Source of the DNA: Blastocatellia bacterium
Lineage (GTDB): Bacteria; Acidobacteriota; Blastocatellia; UBA7656
Reading direction: 5' to 3'
Assembly (NCBI GenBank): GCA_963765495.1
Contig: CAVXWP010000004.1
Location: forward strand, 1-64,000
DNA: 64,000 bases
Shown: positions 1 through 11,170 of the stretch, one piece after another
How positions within the stretch are numbered: the first letter of the stretch is position 1
Layout of the letters: each line of letters starts with the position of its first letter
Notes under the pieces: model-generated
The model's input: the letters and a program-made list of their open reading frames with translations, nothing else
What the model was told of the DNA's origin: nothing
The model's database searches: none
Made by a program: the position numbers and the translations under genes

Positions 1-75
<75 letters not shown>

Positions 76-148
76 GTTACTATCAATGCAAAAGCGAAGG
101 CAACTCTCTGATGCTTTTCCCTGAGACCTCGCCTTCGCCTGAAAATTG

Positions 149-223
<75 letters not shown>

Positions 224-236
224 TCAAAGAAAATTG

Positions 237-266
237 ATTCTAGCCGCGCATTGGCCTCTCTGTCAA
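237..266 (-). promoter_or_regulatory. sigma70-type promoter of the tRNA-Gly/tRNA-Cys pair
   Basis: TTGACA-18 nt-TAGAAT on the minus strand just upstream of tRNA-Gly. Confidence 0.7.
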
Positions 267-422
267 CCTCTGAGGCTTATCGAAAAACGAGTGTTGAAAA
301 AATTTCTCCCTCTCTAAATCACTAAAGATACCCTTCTCAACGGGCATTTTTCGTCAATTCCTTACATTTCGAGCCGCCGAGTGCTACCTTATAATTTAGA
401 GAGTATCGGAGGAAGCTCAACC

Positions 423-1436
423 ATGGCTAAACCTAAATTGACAGGACCAAGACCCGAATGGCTCAAGGTGAGGATTCGAGCCGATGACACATTCGAGCGG
501 GTAAATAAGATGATAGGCGACCTGAGCCTACACACAGTATGTCAGGAGGCTCGCTGCCCAAATATCTTTGAATGCTGGGGCGAAGGGACTGCAACATTCA
601 TGATTTTCGGCGACATCTGCACCAGACATTGCGGATTCTGTGCCGTTGGCAAAGGGAGACCCGGGCTACTCGACCCGGAAGAACCACGACACGTAGGGGA
701 GGCTGTCCTGCGGTTGGGTGTAAGGCACGCAGTTGTAACAAGCGTAAACCGAGATGATCTGCCCGACGGCGGCGCGGCCCATTTTGCCGATACTATCAGG
801 TGGATAAGAAAGTTGAGCCCGAATTGCCGCATTGAAGTCCTGATCCCGGATTTTTGCGGCGATGAAGGGGCACTTAATACCGTTCTCTCGGCAAGGCCCG
901 AGGTGTTAAACCATAATACCGAAACTGTCCCGCGTCTTTACAAGAGAGTGCGGCCCGATGCCGGATACGCGCAATCGCTCGAACTCCTCAAACGCGCCCA
1001 CAAACGAAAAGGCGAGTGGCCGCTGCTGACTAAATCGGGGCTTATGGCGGGCCTGGGCGAGACCATTGATGAACTGCTCCAGACATTTCGCGATCTGAGC
1101 GAAACAGGGTGCGATATTCTAACCGTAGGCCAGTATCTCGCACCTACCCCACGGCACATACCCATTGAGAAGTACTACACGCCTGAGGAATTCGCTTATC
1201 TTCGGACGGAGGCTCTGAATATGGGGTTTAAATATGTCGAATCCGGGCCTCTGGTCCGCAGTTCTTATCACGCGGGCCGTCATACTCAGGGTAATGAAGC
1301 CGTAGCAGGGTTTGAATCAGACGATTACAGTATGGACCCTGTTTTCAGGGAAGGGATTTTTCGGGAAGGAACCGGTCAAAGCCAGACCGCATCGCCGCTT
1401 GTACAATTGAAAAGCCGTAATCAGGCTAACAGGTAA
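423..1436 (+). CDS. lipA: lipoyl synthase
   Basis: [12 protein letters not shown] and CTRHCGFC motifs, RSSYHA near the C-terminus; ATG at 423 after GGAGG. Confidence 0.95.
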   Translation: MAKPKLTGPRPEWLKVRIRADDTFERVNKMIGDLSLHTVCQEARCPNIFECWGEGTATFMIFGDICTRHCGFCAVGKGRPGLLDPEEPRHVGEAVLRLGVRHAVVTSVNRDDLPDGGAAHFADTIRWIRKLSPNCRIEVLIPDFCGDEGALNTVLSARPEVLNHNTETVPRLYKRVRPDAGYAQSLELLKRAHKRKGEWPLLTKSGLMAGLGETIDELLQTFRDLSETGCDILTVGQYLAPTPRHIPIEKYYTPEEFAYLRTEALNMGFKYVESGPLVRSSYHAGRHTQGNEAVAGFESDDYSMDPVFREGIFREGTGQSQTASPLVQLKSRNQANR

Positions 1437-1518
1437 ACCCGCGCCTCGTTACGGCTTTTCGATTTGAGTGTATAAATCCCTGAGCCTTTGGAAAAAGGCC
1501 CTATCTCGAAGATAGTAT

Positions 1519-1752
1519 TTACTTCTTGCCTCTCATTGCAGCCTTTGAAGCCTTGAGCGGGTTCTTGGTGCCGTCGCCTGAACGCGATGCGGCAAGATGC
1601 TTGGCGTGTGTATCGCAATCATGCTCTTCGGCTCTTGCCTTCCAATAATCGGTGGCGTCTATTCCCTGCGACAGAAAAGCCACCACAGTAAACGGGCTGG
1701 CGCATTTTGGACAGGTCAATCGGACCGCGCGCGCTGCTCCTCTTTTAGCCAT
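1519..1752 (-). CDS. small basic protein with CxxC and H/C residues (possible zinc finger)
   Basis: AAGGAG RBS upstream; CPKC...HDCDTH; Lys-rich tail. Confidence 0.55.
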   Translation of the reverse strand: MAKRGAARAVRLTCPKCASPFTVVAFLSQGIDATDYWKARAEEHDCDTHAKHLAASRSGDGTKNPLKASKAAMRGKK

Positions 1753-2077
1753 AGTTTTCCAATGCTCCTTTCAAGCTGAATCTATCATGACGCGGATCAA
1801 GCGTATGACACAAAGCTATAGCTTACCAGAACTGCTGCCGCTCAATCAATAATCTTCGAAAATGATGCGGGCCCATCATGGTGGACTCTGATACGGTTGG
1901 CCAGGGCCATTTTTTTCTCAGGAAATCCTGGCGTACTTGTATGTTTGAATATGCGTCTGAATTATATAGTCTTTGATGCTTTGCGAGCTATAGTTACTCG
2001 AAAAGACGCAAAGAAGCTAGGGAAGCTAAGAATTCTCCGAAAATATATTGGTCCTATCTCCCTGCCTGTTTCTTCGC

Positions 2078-2106
2078 TTGACTTCCGCAATTGTTGCAGG
2101 TATAAC
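2078..2106 (+). promoter_or_regulatory. sigma70-type promoter upstream of the bactofilin gene
   Basis: TTGACT-17 nt-TATAAC. Confidence 0.6.
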
Positions 2107-2265
2107 GCTGTCTGCCCCGCTGATTCAGATCCGACACAAGTAATACAACGCTTGCAAAACCGGCGAGATTCGTCCTTGATCCGGGTTTTTCAGCCCCGTA
2201 ATGCCGGAAATTTTATTGTGGCTCTGCCGTGGGGAAAGAGATTTCTTATGTGGAGACGAAAAGAA

Positions 2266-2691
2266 ATGAGCCTTGTCAAAAACGAAAAGGGCAATTCCGA
2301 TTTCGGTTGGATAGGAACCGGCATAGAGGTTACGGGCGATATTTTTTTCGCGAAGAGCCTTCAAATTGACGGCAAAGTTTCGGGTAAACTGTCGTCGGAA
2401 AGCGGCACTCTTATCATAGGCGAAAGCGGCCAGGTCGAGGCCGAAGTTGATGTAGGCATCTGTGTGATCCACGGCAACCTGCGCGGCAACTTGGCGGCAA
2501 AGTCCAGGGTCGAAATACACAGATCGGGAAAGGTCTACGGCGATGTGGTTACGCCGGTGCTCGTAGTCGATGAGGGAGCCTCATTTAACGGGGCGATCAA
2601 GATGGGGCAGGAGCCTGTGAGCCGCCGCCTTGGAGAGAATCTCCCGCAAGAGATTGACACCAGGGACCAGAGGAAGGTCAAGGGCGCTTGA
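2266..2691 (+). CDS. bactofilin (polymer-forming cytoskeletal protein)
   Basis: IGTGIEVTGDI..LQIDGKVSG..VYGDVVTPVLVVDEGASFNG beta-helix pattern; start MSLVK at 2266. Confidence 0.88.
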   Translation: MSLVKNEKGNSDFGWIGTGIEVTGDIFFAKSLQIDGKVSGKLSSESGTLIIGESGQVEAEVDVGICVIHGNLRGNLAAKSRVEIHRSGKVYGDVVTPVLVVDEGASFNGAIKMGQEPVSRRLGENLPQEIDTRDQRKVKGA

Positions 2692-2964
2692 CCCGCCGGC
2701 TCTCCTGACGCCATTCCCAACTATTCAAGGGGAACCCCGCTGGCTTTCCTTCAAGGTTGTCTTTATTTGCTGCCTAACCATCGGGCAGGCAATTTTCGCT
2801 TGCTAAGAGTGCGTGTCCCCTTCGCCTTGTACCTATTGCCTTTATCTCGTTTCTCCCCTTCCCTCTCCTAAAGACGCAAACTTGTTTCTTCAAACCTGTG
2901 CGGCTATAGTCGGATGAGATGGAGTTTCAAAGGGAATTACTGTCCAAGAAAAGGAGCGATTCCG

Positions 2965-3708
2965 ATGGTGGCAAATATGACCGGCGGTTCAACCGATGTC
3001 AGACAGAAACTTATTGTAGCGCTCGATTATCCTGACCGAGACAGCGCACTCCCGGTGGTCGAACAGTTAAGCGGGAAGGTGGGAATGTTCAAAATCGGCA
3101 GCCAGCTTTTCTCGGCTGAAGGCCCCGAATTCGTGCGCGAAATAGTTGCAGCAGGTGAACGCGTCTTCCTCGATCTAAAGTTCCACGATATCCCAAACAC
3201 CGTGAAGGGCGCTTCGCTCTCAGCAACACGGCTCGGCGTCTCAATCTTTAACGTACACGCTCTCGGCGGGTCAGAGATGATGCGCGCCGCAGCCGATGCC
3301 AGTAAGGCTCCTGATATTAATCTGCGCCCGGCAGTCCTCGCCGTGACTATGCTTACAAGTATGGATAGAGCAACGCTCGCCGAAGTAGGAATCAACTCGG
3401 AAATGGATGCCGAGGTCGTCAGGCTCGCAACACTCGCTCGCGATTCCGGAATGGATGGCGTAGTAGCCTCGCCACACGAGATCAGACTGATACGCGAGCG
3501 CGTAGCCGCAGAGGGCTTTATTATTCTTACTCCGGGTATAAGACCGGCGGGGACAGACAGCGGGGATCAAAAACGCGTAGCCACTCCCGCAAACGCCATC
3601 CGCGACGGGGCGGATTTCCTGGTCATTGGCCGAGCCATCACCTCAAGCCCCGACCCGCGCGCATCCGTCGAACGTATACTCGACGAGATAGTAGACAGTA
3701 GGCAGTAA
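2965..3708 (+). CDS. pyrF: orotidine-5'-phosphate decarboxylase
   Basis: LIVALD, FLDLKFHDIPNTV, TPGIRP motifs; AAGGAG RBS. Confidence 0.96.
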   Translation: MVANMTGGSTDVRQKLIVALDYPDRDSALPVVEQLSGKVGMFKIGSQLFSAEGPEFVREIVAAGERVFLDLKFHDIPNTVKGASLSATRLGVSIFNVHALGGSEMMRAAADASKAPDINLRPAVLAVTMLTSMDRATLAEVGINSEMDAEVVRLATLARDSGMDGVVASPHEIRLIRERVAAEGFIILTPGIRPAGTDSGDQKRVATPANAIRDGADFLVIGRAITSSPDPRASVERILDEIVDSRQ

Positions 3709-3734
3709 GCAGAACGGGAACACCTTGAAGTATC

Positions 3735-4580
3735 ATGTGGAAAGATGAAAAAAAGATGGGCGCGACAGAAAATAGTCACGCTTCCAGCAACTCCCTACCG
3801 CCTGCTGATTACTGCCTACCGCCTACTGCTTCCCTTCCTCCTGAATACAGAATAGAAGGCAACGGGCCGGTGCTGATTTACATACCGGGACTCGATGGAA
3901 CAGGCGAATTGTTCTTTAAGCAAAGCCCCGGTCTTGTCAGGACGCATCGAGTAGTGACATTTCGGTTGCGTGAACATGGCTCGTTTACTTATGACGACCT
4001 CGCAGATGATGTGGCGGCGATCATCAGCGCTATCGGAGAGCGACGAGCCACACTGGTGGCGGAGTCATTCGGCGGAGGCGTCGCGTTGACATTCGCCCTG
4101 CGCTACCCCGCTATGATTGAACAGCTCGTGCTGGTCAATACATTCGCGCGTTATCGGGAACGAGTCAGAATCAGACTTGGTGCACGGCTCGCCTCAATAT
4201 TGCCTTTTCAACTGCTCTGGTATTTGAGAAAAAGCGCGGACCTGCTTGGCTTGCTCGTCGATGACGTGGCGGTTAAAGATCGCTCTCGCTTCTTCGAGGC
4301 CATTCGAACAGTCAAGCGAGAGGCCTATGCCCGACGGCTGAAACTCATCTGCGACCTTGATATTGAGGATCGTCTGTCAGAAATAGAGACCCCGACACTT
4401 ATAATCGCCTGCGAAAAAGACCTCGTAGTCCGCTCCACCCGCGAAGCTCGCTTGATGGCCGCGTGTCTGCCGAACGCGACTGTAAAAATTTTCAAGGATG
4501 CGGGCCATGCCTGCTTATTGGGGAGCCAGGTTCACCTTGATGAAATACTTGCGCGCCACTCAGTTTCCCGCTCCGGTTGA
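3735..4580 (+). CDS. alpha/beta fold hydrolase
   Basis: PGLDGTG, AESFGG nucleophile elbow, AGH; start uncertain because the N-terminus overlaps a heptamer repeat. Confidence 0.85.
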   Translation: MWKDEKKMGATENSHASSNSLPPADYCLPPTASLPPEYRIEGNGPVLIYIPGLDGTGELFFKQSPGLVRTHRVVTFRLREHGSFTYDDLADDVAAIISAIGERRATLVAESFGGGVALTFALRYPAMIEQLVLVNTFARYRERVRIRLGARLASILPFQLLWYLRKSADLLGLLVDDVAVKDRSRFFEAIRTVKREAYARRLKLICDLDIEDRLSEIETPTLIIACEKDLVVRSTREARLMAACLPNATVKIFKDAGHACLLGSQVHLDEILARHSVSRSG

Positions 4581-5003
4581 GCGATGCCACACAGAACCAT
4601 CTTCGTATTCGACTTTGAGGATACTCACCCTGTTCAAACGGAAGTTCTTTATCAGTTCATCGGTATATTGATTGCTCAGACTGGTCAATTTTTTTCGTTC
4701 TCCCGATTGCAGTCTCTCTCCGTCATTGCGAAAGCGTATGCGGGGTTCCGCGTTTACGGATCGAAGGCTCAACAGCGGGTCAGCGTAATACCCCCATTCA
4801 AACGCGGAGATTGTCTTCCCACCCGTATTCTTGACCTCGATGGTGAATGAAGACTCACCCTTCTTATTGGGTCCGAATGCCGACACGCTATACACAAAAA
4901 GATCAGGCGCGTTTCGCGCCTTCATTTGGGCTTCGGTGTAGTTTTGAGCCACAGCGACAAGAGCCGTCAATGTCACAACGATGAGTGATACGAGGGTTCT
5001 CAT
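4560..5003 (-). CDS. secreted hypothetical protein
   Basis: Signal peptide; C-terminal VEYEDGSVW motif. Confidence 0.7.
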   Translation of the reverse strand: MRTLVSLIVVTLTALVAVAQNYTEAQMKARNAPDLFVYSVSAFGPNKKGESSFTIEVKNTGGKTISAFEWGYYADPLLSLRSVNAEPRIRFRNDGERLQSGERKKLTSLSNQYTDELIKNFRLNRVSILKVEYEDGSVWHRSTGAGN

Positions 5004-5115
5004 ATTCGTAGCCTGTTTCTCTGACAGGATTTTCAGGATTTAGAAAGCTTCGAAAAGATTAATAGAGAATCTTGTTTGATCCATCGAAATCCTGTAAATC
5101 CTGTCAAAAACCCGA

Positions 5116-6288
5116 TCAGTAAAGGAACATCGGCTTGCCGAGCACGTGGCGCACCTTTGGACGATATTGTTTTTCGTCGTAAAGTTCATCCACGTCTACG
5201 CGCTTCAAGCCGCTTGTCACCGTACTTATTGGGATGTGTGTATAGCTGCCGTCGCGGAGCGCGCACATTCTTCCGCTGACGCCTTCGCGTATCAGGTCCA
5301 TTGCCATGTGAGCGAAGTTTACCGAGACCATCAAGTCGAGCGCATCCGGGGCTCCCGACCTCATCAGGTAGGCTATCTGCTGATAGACTATGTCTTCGCC
5401 GGTCAGCTTCTTTAACGCCTCTCCGATGATCTGGCCTATGCCGCCAAGTTTCCTGTGACCATAGGAGTCGGCCTCGCCGTACTCCACCACTCTGCCGCCA
5501 AGCATGTGCGCGCCTTCGCTTACTGTAACCATAGCGTAATTGCTGGGGTTGTTCCTTTTGTCTCCCATCACAAGATCAGCCAGCCGTTCAGGATCAAAAG
5601 GCACCTCAGAAATCAGAGCGCGATCCACACCGGCAAGATACGAGCTTACCAGACTCGTTTCGCCGCTGTTGCGGCCAAACAACTCGACCACTGCGATGCG
5701 CTCGTGCGAGCCGGCGCTTGTGCGTAACTGATGGATGAACTGTACGCTGCGTGTGACGGCGGTGCTAAAACCTATGCAGAAATCGGTGCCGTAAACATCG
5801 TTGTCCATCGTCTTTGGAATGGCCACTACCTCTATGCCTTCGCGGTGCATTCGCTCGCCGTAGCTGAGCGTGTCGTCGCCGCCTATGGGTATGAGCGTCT
5901 CGATTCCCAACCGTTCAAGGTTGCGCAAGACGTGGGGCGTAAAATCTCGCGGGCGAGGGTCTTGCTCTTCGGCTTCGGCGTGATTGGGGTCTTTTAGAAA
6001 ATCGGGTTCGTCCTTGAGCTTGACCTTACCCGGGTTTGTGCGGCTCGTATGCAATATAGTTCCGCCCGAGCGGTCTATAGTTCGCACATAATTTTTGTCG
6101 AGATGGATAAAGTGTTTTTTAAAGCTTTCCGGGTCATCAGGATTGTAGCGCAATAATCCGCCCCAGCCCCGCCGAATGCCAATTATCTCGTAGCCCGCGT
6201 CAATTGCTCGATAAGCGACCGCCTTTATACACGGATTCAATCCCGGCACGTCGCCACCACCAGTAAGAATTCCTATCTTCTTTGCCAT
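5116..6288 (-). CDS. pfkA: 6-phosphofructokinase (PfkA family, GGDD/PKT signature)
   Basis: [34 protein letters not shown]. Confidence 0.93.
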   Translation of the reverse strand: MAKKIGILTGGGDVPGLNPCIKAVAYRAIDAGYEIIGIRRGWGGLLRYNPDDPESFKKHFIHLDKNYVRTIDRSGGTILHTSRTNPGKVKLKDEPDFLKDPNHAEAEEQDPRPRDFTPHVLRNLERLGIETLIPIGGDDTLSYGERMHREGIEVVAIPKTMDNDVYGTDFCIGFSTAVTRSVQFIHQLRTSAGSHERIAVVELFGRNSGETSLVSSYLAGVDRALISEVPFDPERLADLVMGDKRNNPSNYAMVTVSEGAHMLGGRVVEYGEADSYGHRKLGGIGQIIGEALKKLTGEDIVYQQIAYLMRSGAPDALDLMVSVNFAHMAMDLIREGVSGRMCALRDGSYTHIPISTVTSGLKRVDVDELYDEKQYRPKVRHVLGKPMFLY

Positions 6289-6310
6289 AACTCACTCCAG
6301 ACTTGTGGGT

Positions 6311-7327
6311 CTATTTCCCCTCCTTCATCAGGTTGTGCTTCGCCTCATCAATCAATTCATTATTTCTTTCGTAAGATAAATCTCGCCCGTCGCCTGATTC
6401 TCCCCGGTTTGGCGGATACTGATGCGAGGCGTAAACCGGATAGGCCTCAGTGCGCAGATGAGCCGACATATGATGGCCCCGCCGCGAGGCTCGCTCGTGT
6501 CTGAGCGCGGAAATGTCTACAGGCGCAACGACGATTCGCTCCCCCGGCCCCGGTGACGCCTGCGCAAGCAATCTGCCGTCATAATCGACCACCTGACTTC
6601 CGCCCGGCCACGAATAGGGCGGATAACATTTCAGACTCGCCCCCTGATTGGCCGCCACAACATAAGCGGTGTTTTCAATGGCGCGTGAGCGGTTTATCAC
6701 TGTCCACCAATCCATAGGTTCGGTCGCGCCCCACGGGTCCATATAGGCCGAAACGCGGACCAGAACTTCGGCTCCGTTCGCCGTCAACTGCCGCATCGCT
6801 TCGGGAAAGAGCCAATCATAGCAGATCGCGCAACCGATTCGCCCTATCGGGGTATCGGCGACAGGAAATAGCGGCTCTTCATAGCCCGCCAGATCGTGAG
6901 GGCTGGCATGGACTTCGTAAGGAATCCAGGTGTTTACCTTGCGATATTTGTAGAGTATCCCTTCGGGTCCGATCAGACAAGTCGTATTAAAAACCACGCC
7001 CGGCCACTTCGAGTCGGCTTCAAGCATCGAGCCGCTTTGAATATAGATGTCGTATTCGCGCGCTTTTTGTTCCAGCCTTTCCGTATGCTCGTTAGGTATC
7101 TGCACGGCGAGTTTTTCGATCAACTCTCCAACGGTAGGAAATACCGGCGCGGCGTGCGCGAATTCGGGAAAGACTACCAGCCGCACCGGCAAAAACGGGG
7201 CGCTGCCCGCAACCGCAGAATCGATCATTGACAGCATGCGGTCTGTATTTGCTCGCATCGCCCGCCGCTCGATTGGGTTCGGAAGATCGGTCTGACAGGC
7301 GGCCACCGAATATCTGATATGCTCCAT
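6311..7327 (-). CDS. nitrilase-family carbon-nitrogen hydrolase
   Basis: VFPE, YRK, ICYDWLFPE catalytic E-K-C motifs. Confidence 0.9.
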   Translation of the reverse strand: MEHIRYSVAACQTDLPNPIERRAMRANTDRMLSMIDSAVAGSAPFLPVRLVVFPEFAHAAPVFPTVGELIEKLAVQIPNEHTERLEQKAREYDIYIQSGSMLEADSKWPGVVFNTTCLIGPEGILYKYRKVNTWIPYEVHASPHDLAGYEEPLFPVADTPIGRIGCAICYDWLFPEAMRQLTANGAEVLVRVSAYMDPWGATEPMDWWTVINRSRAIENTAYVVAANQGASLKCYPPYSWPGGSQVVDYDGRLLAQASPGPGERIVVAPVDISALRHERASRRGHHMSAHLRTEAYPVYASHQYPPNRGESGDGRDLSYERNNELIDEAKHNLMKEGK

Positions 7328-7330
7328 GTT

Positions 7331-10300
7331 TTATCGCGATCCCTTCTTGCGAGAATTGCCCTTTGCAGCACCCGACAAATTTAGTTGTTCTGCAAACGTA
7401 GTTTCGATTGGCGGAATGGTCGAGCCGACTATGCGCGTGTTATACCGCTCGAGATAGTTTAGACGCTCGCGTGTCAACGGATAGGCTTCCGTAGCCGGAT
7501 ACGGATAACTGCTCATGCCGTGGAAAGGCAGAGGCGCTACCTGATCCGGGCTTGCCGAATTGATATCCATCTCTTTGCTGAACCCGTTGGAATAGAGCAA
7601 AAATGTGCGCTTCCAGCCACGCGGCAAGGGAGGGAGTTTTGTTGCGTCGAAGGAAAGAGACATCTCATCGCCCGGCCTTGAGATGACAAACATATCATCG
7701 GTCTTTAACAACAATTCGCGCACATCGCCCTCGCGGGTGTAACGACCCGGCATCACTTTCCAGGGCGATGTCGGTTCTACGCGATCATAGTCGTAACCAA
7801 AAGGCTCGCGCCCGTCGGGTGTGACTTCGGCTGAAAAACCTCTCCATTTCAGGCTGGCTGTAACGGGGTCGAGCCGCGCAACCCGAGTCTGGGAATTACC
7901 CGCCGATGTATCAACCAGTATCTGATCCCAGTAGATTCTCATGCTCGTGACTATGCGAACTTCGCGGTTATCGGTGAGGAATTTTCCGGTCAAATCTACC
8001 GCAACGGTTTGAGGGCGGCCAACTGGGAAACCCATATCGGGGATGACGGTCTGCCACTCGCCTTTCGCATCTTTTACCTGAACTACGGGCGGCATCATGC
8101 TCAACCCTGATTGATGCGCGGCCACGTTGTCGCTTGAAAAAGCATAGTCGGTCCAGCCCGTGAGCAGAAGCAATGTTTGCCCTTTGGAGGGCTTGCCCAG
8201 ATCGAGCGTCAGCGCGTGTTCTTCGGAGTAGCCGCGAATCCGAAGCAGCTTGAAATTATCCGGGTACTGGCGGTCGAGTTTCGAGATTCGCTCAAGCACA
8301 TCCTGCCCCGTGTCGTCTCTTGCAGATAAGGGAAGATGCGCGCCCCGTGTTGTGTAAACCCTGTGAGGCGGGCGCGGCGGATCAATCAACCCTTCGTTTG
8401 GATAGATTTCGGTATTCGAAGGATGCGAAACCACGATCAACTGCAATTGATCGGCAAAGAGAGTCTCTTCCAGTTCATTTGTTACGCGAATCTCATAACG
8501 ACCGTCGCGGGGTTTGAGTTGCTCGCCTGTGATGCGGGTGTACTCATCCGGGTCTATGTGGTTGCGCTTGCCCGGCGATTCCAGGTATCCCATCTCGCCG
8601 CCGCCCATGAAATCGGTCAGGAATTCAAACCTCTCACCGTTCCAGGTATATAGATAGGGACAGGAGGAGGGCTTGCGGTCTATTTCGGTCACGATGAGGG
8701 TATCAGCCGCCGTTGGAGTCTTGTTTGTCGCGGCGGTTGCCAGTTCGGTTTCGGCCTGTACGATGCCTGCGGGCCAGATCACACGAACCGCATCGGCCGA
8801 GGCGCGTTTGCCAAGCCCGAAAATCACATCGGCAGGCGCGGGCGCGGGGCTTGCCGAATAAGTCTCAAGCTTCTGTTTGAGGCTTCCGGCCCGGACTTCC
8901 ACTTTCGAGCCCGTCCCGCTGCGATTGCTGACCTTCCCGGCCAGATTCACACGAATGAAATGATTGCGGTTGCCGCCATCGTTTCGGGCTATCTTTATAC
9001 CGCCCGAAGCCGTCTGCGCTATCAAATCGGTATCGCCATCCAGATCAATATCGCCCGAAACAAACGCGCGGGTTGAGACCTGAGTCTGTGAGGAAGTTGC
9101 AAACAGATCACCAGCCACGGCCTGCCCGATCAAATCGCTCCACTTGTCTCCGAGATTGCGAAAGACCCGCGCGCCTGAACCTGAGAGCATCACGAGGTCG
9201 AGCAATCCATCATCGTCATAGTCGAGGAATTGAGCCGCTGTAACGCCTTCAGACCCCGAAGGCGCGGGCGTTGTAACAAAGCGTCCTTTTCCGTCGCTCA
9301 AAGCAAACAGCCCTGTCCCATCCGCCCTGCCGAAAAAGAAATCCGTGTAGTCGTCCTTGTTCACATCACCGGCAGCCGCGCAGGTGAACGAGCCTTTGAC
9401 CCCAAGACCGACATCCCCTGCGACATCGCGGAATGAGCCGTCGCGAAGGTTGCTGAAAAGCTCCGGCTGCGCGCCGTAGTTTACAACCACAAGATCAACA
9501 TCACGCCGATTGTCATAATCGGTAGGCACAACGGCAACCGCGTGGCCCGACACACCGACGACTTTCGCGTCTCTAGCGATGTCGGTAAATTTGCCGTCGC
9601 CGTTGTTTCTGAGTAACTGGTTTGGCGCTCCGGCGAAGTCTGTCGGAAAGGTGAGCGGGCGCGCATCTGCGCTTGCGGGCGCTTTCGAAAGATCGGCAAG
9701 CCCCGCTATAAAGATGTCGAGATCACCATCGTGATCCACATCCACAAATGCCACCGATTGCGACAGATAAGAATAGGTGGGAATGGCGGCGGCTTTGGTG
9801 ACATCGGTGAATTTGCCGTTGCCGTCGTTATGATAGAGAGCACTGCCGCCGTAACGTAAAACAAACAGATCAGGCTTTGTGTCGTTGTCGTAATCGCCCG
9901 CGACAGCAGTAATTCCTATAACGCCTTCCGCTGTTTTCGCGAGTCCCGAGCCTTCCGTGACATCAACGTATTTACCACCGTCATTTCGATAGAGCTTCTG
10001 TCCCGAAGACCCGGTTTCGAATAGGTCGAGGTCGCCGTCCCCATCAAAATCAAACAGAGTCAGGTTGCCGCCAAGCGACGCGGCAATCTCGCTTTGCGCT
10101 CCATTTTTCAAATCAGCGGGCTTAAAGCTGCGGCCAAATGCAGACGCGGTAGCTCCCGCGCTCGCCTCTGTTTTCACACCGGGGAGCAAGGTTGATGTCG
10201 CATCTGTGAATTTGACTTCGGGCACGGATAAATCTACGAGGTCAGGCTCTCGCCCGGTCGAAGAGATGGCCTCGGCATAACGGCCCTGCTCAAGATAATT

Positions 10301-10960
10301 CTGACCCAGGACGGTTCCGTATCCGCTTTCGCGCAGCTTTTGAAACTTCTGCATCTCGGCCTGTCCCTCTTCGCGCTGCCCCGAGCGGATGAGTGCCCCC
10401 GCGAGGTTGTAGAGCGCGGTCACGCTGTAAGGCTCAGCGGCAATAGCCGTCCGCAGCAGCGGCAGCGCAAGATCGTACTTTCGCTCCTGCATGTAGAGTT
10501 GGGCCAGATTGACGTTGGCCGCTACATCGTGCGAATCAATTTCAATCACGCGCTTGAAGGCGGCTATTGCTTCTTCGGTATGATTCTGATTTCTGGCGAT
10601 GAGGCCGAGAATAAAATAGGGCTGCGGCGCGTCGGGCAGAGCCTCAGACGCGGCTTTGGCTTCCTTGAGAGCGGATTCAAGATCGGGCGCGTTGAACAGG
10701 GCTATGGCCAGATTGGCCCGGGCAAGAGAGAGTTTCGGGTCGATTTGCAGGGCGCGTCGAAACTGCGCGGCTGCGTCGCTGTACTTGAACTGTTCAAGCA
10801 AGGCTACGCCGAGATTGTTGGCGCGATAAGCCTCTTCGCGAGTTCCGGCGGGCGAGGGCTTTTTCTGATTCGAGTCCTGCGGCAGAGCAGACATCGTCAA
10901 AGTAAAAATGAGCGAGAAGAGAAAAGCGATTGAGCGGATTGATTTCGATTCTTTTTTCAT
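7331..10960 (-). CDS. secreted TPR + FG-GAP/VCBS repeat + ASPIC/UnbV protein
   Basis: Signal peptide, TPRs, many D-x-D-x-D-G-x-x-D repeats, FGLG, SCPYLYTWNG domain. Confidence 0.9.
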   Translation of the reverse strand: MKKESKSIRSIAFLFSLIFTLTMSALPQDSNQKKPSPAGTREEAYRANNLGVALLEQFKYSDAAAQFRRALQIDPKLSLARANLAIALFNAPDLESALKEAKAASEALPDAPQPYFILGLIARNQNHTEEAIAAFKRVIEIDSHDVAANVNLAQLYMQERKYDLALPLLRTAIAAEPYSVTALYNLAGALIRSGQREEGQAEMQKFQKLRESGYGTVLGQNYLEQGRYAEAISSTGREPDLVDLSVPEVKFTDATSTLLPGVKTEASAGATASAFGRSFKPADLKNGAQSEIAASLGGNLTLFDFDGDGDLDLFETGSSGQKLYRNDGGKYVDVTEGSGLAKTAEGVIGITAVAGDYDNDTKPDLFVLRYGGSALYHNDGNGKFTDVTKAAAIPTYSYLSQSVAFVDVDHDGDLDIFIAGLADLSKAPASADARPLTFPTDFAGAPNQLLRNNGDGKFTDIARDAKVVGVSGHAVAVVPTDYDNRRDVDLVVVNYGAQPELFSNLRDGSFRDVAGDVGLGVKGSFTCAAAGDVNKDDYTDFFFGRADGTGLFALSDGKGRFVTTPAPSGSEGVTAAQFLDYDDDGLLDLVMLSGSGARVFRNLGDKWSDLIGQAVAGDLFATSSQTQVSTRAFVSGDIDLDGDTDLIAQTASGGIKIARNDGGNRNHFIRVNLAGKVSNRSGTGSKVEVRAGSLKQKLETYSASPAPAPADVIFGLGKRASADAVRVIWPAGIVQAETELATAATNKTPTAADTLIVTEIDRKPSSCPYLYTWNGERFEFLTDFMGGGEMGYLESPGKRNHIDPDEYTRITGEQLKPRDGRYEIRVTNELEETLFADQLQLIVVSHPSNTEIYPNEGLIDPPRPPHRVYTTRGAHLPLSARDDTGQDVLERISKLDRQYPDNFKLLRIRGYSEEHALTLDLGKPSKGQTLLLLTGWTDYAFSSDNVAAHQSGLSMMPPVVQVKDAKGEWQTVIPDMGFPVGRPQTVAVDLTGKFLTDNREVRIVTSMRIYWDQILVDTSAGNSQTRVARLDPVTASLKWRGFSAEVTPDGREPFGYDYDRVEPTSPWKVMPGRYTREGDVRELLLKTDDMFVISRPGDEMSLSFDATKLPPLPRGWKRTFLLYSNGFSKEMDINSASPDQVAPLPFHGMSSYPYPATEAYPLTRERLNYLERYNTRIVGSTIPPIETTFAEQLNLSGAAKGNSRKKGSR

Positions 10961-11057
10961 GCCTGATTCCGGCCCTCGAAAGTGAACTATTATAGCGACA
11001 CCGACTAAACGGGGCACAACCCTTTTACAGATTAACGAGTATGCCCCTACAAATAAA

Positions 11058-11083
11058 GCCTACCGCAAAACTTTGCGGCAGGC
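11058..11083. terminator. hairpin downstream of the KamA-family gene
   Basis: GCCTACCGCAAA-AC-TTTGCGGCAGGC stem-loop, U-tract on the minus strand. Confidence 0.5.
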
Positions 11084-11170
11084 CAATATGAGTGATGATT
11101 CGTGATTGGTGATGCGTGAAACACCCGGTAACAGCAATGTTCCTGACAATCACGAATCACCAATTACGAA

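Noticed and set aside
2107-2265. Riboswitch in the bactofilin leader
   Set aside because: A hairpin (AAAACCGG..CCGGGTTTTT) is present, but c-di-AMP or c-di-GMP consensus elements could not be matched
1897-2265. N-terminal extensions in the ORF track (bactofilin, cysM, glcD, nrdJ, GH130)
   Set aside because: They run through promoters or repeat elements; downstream starts fit the families better
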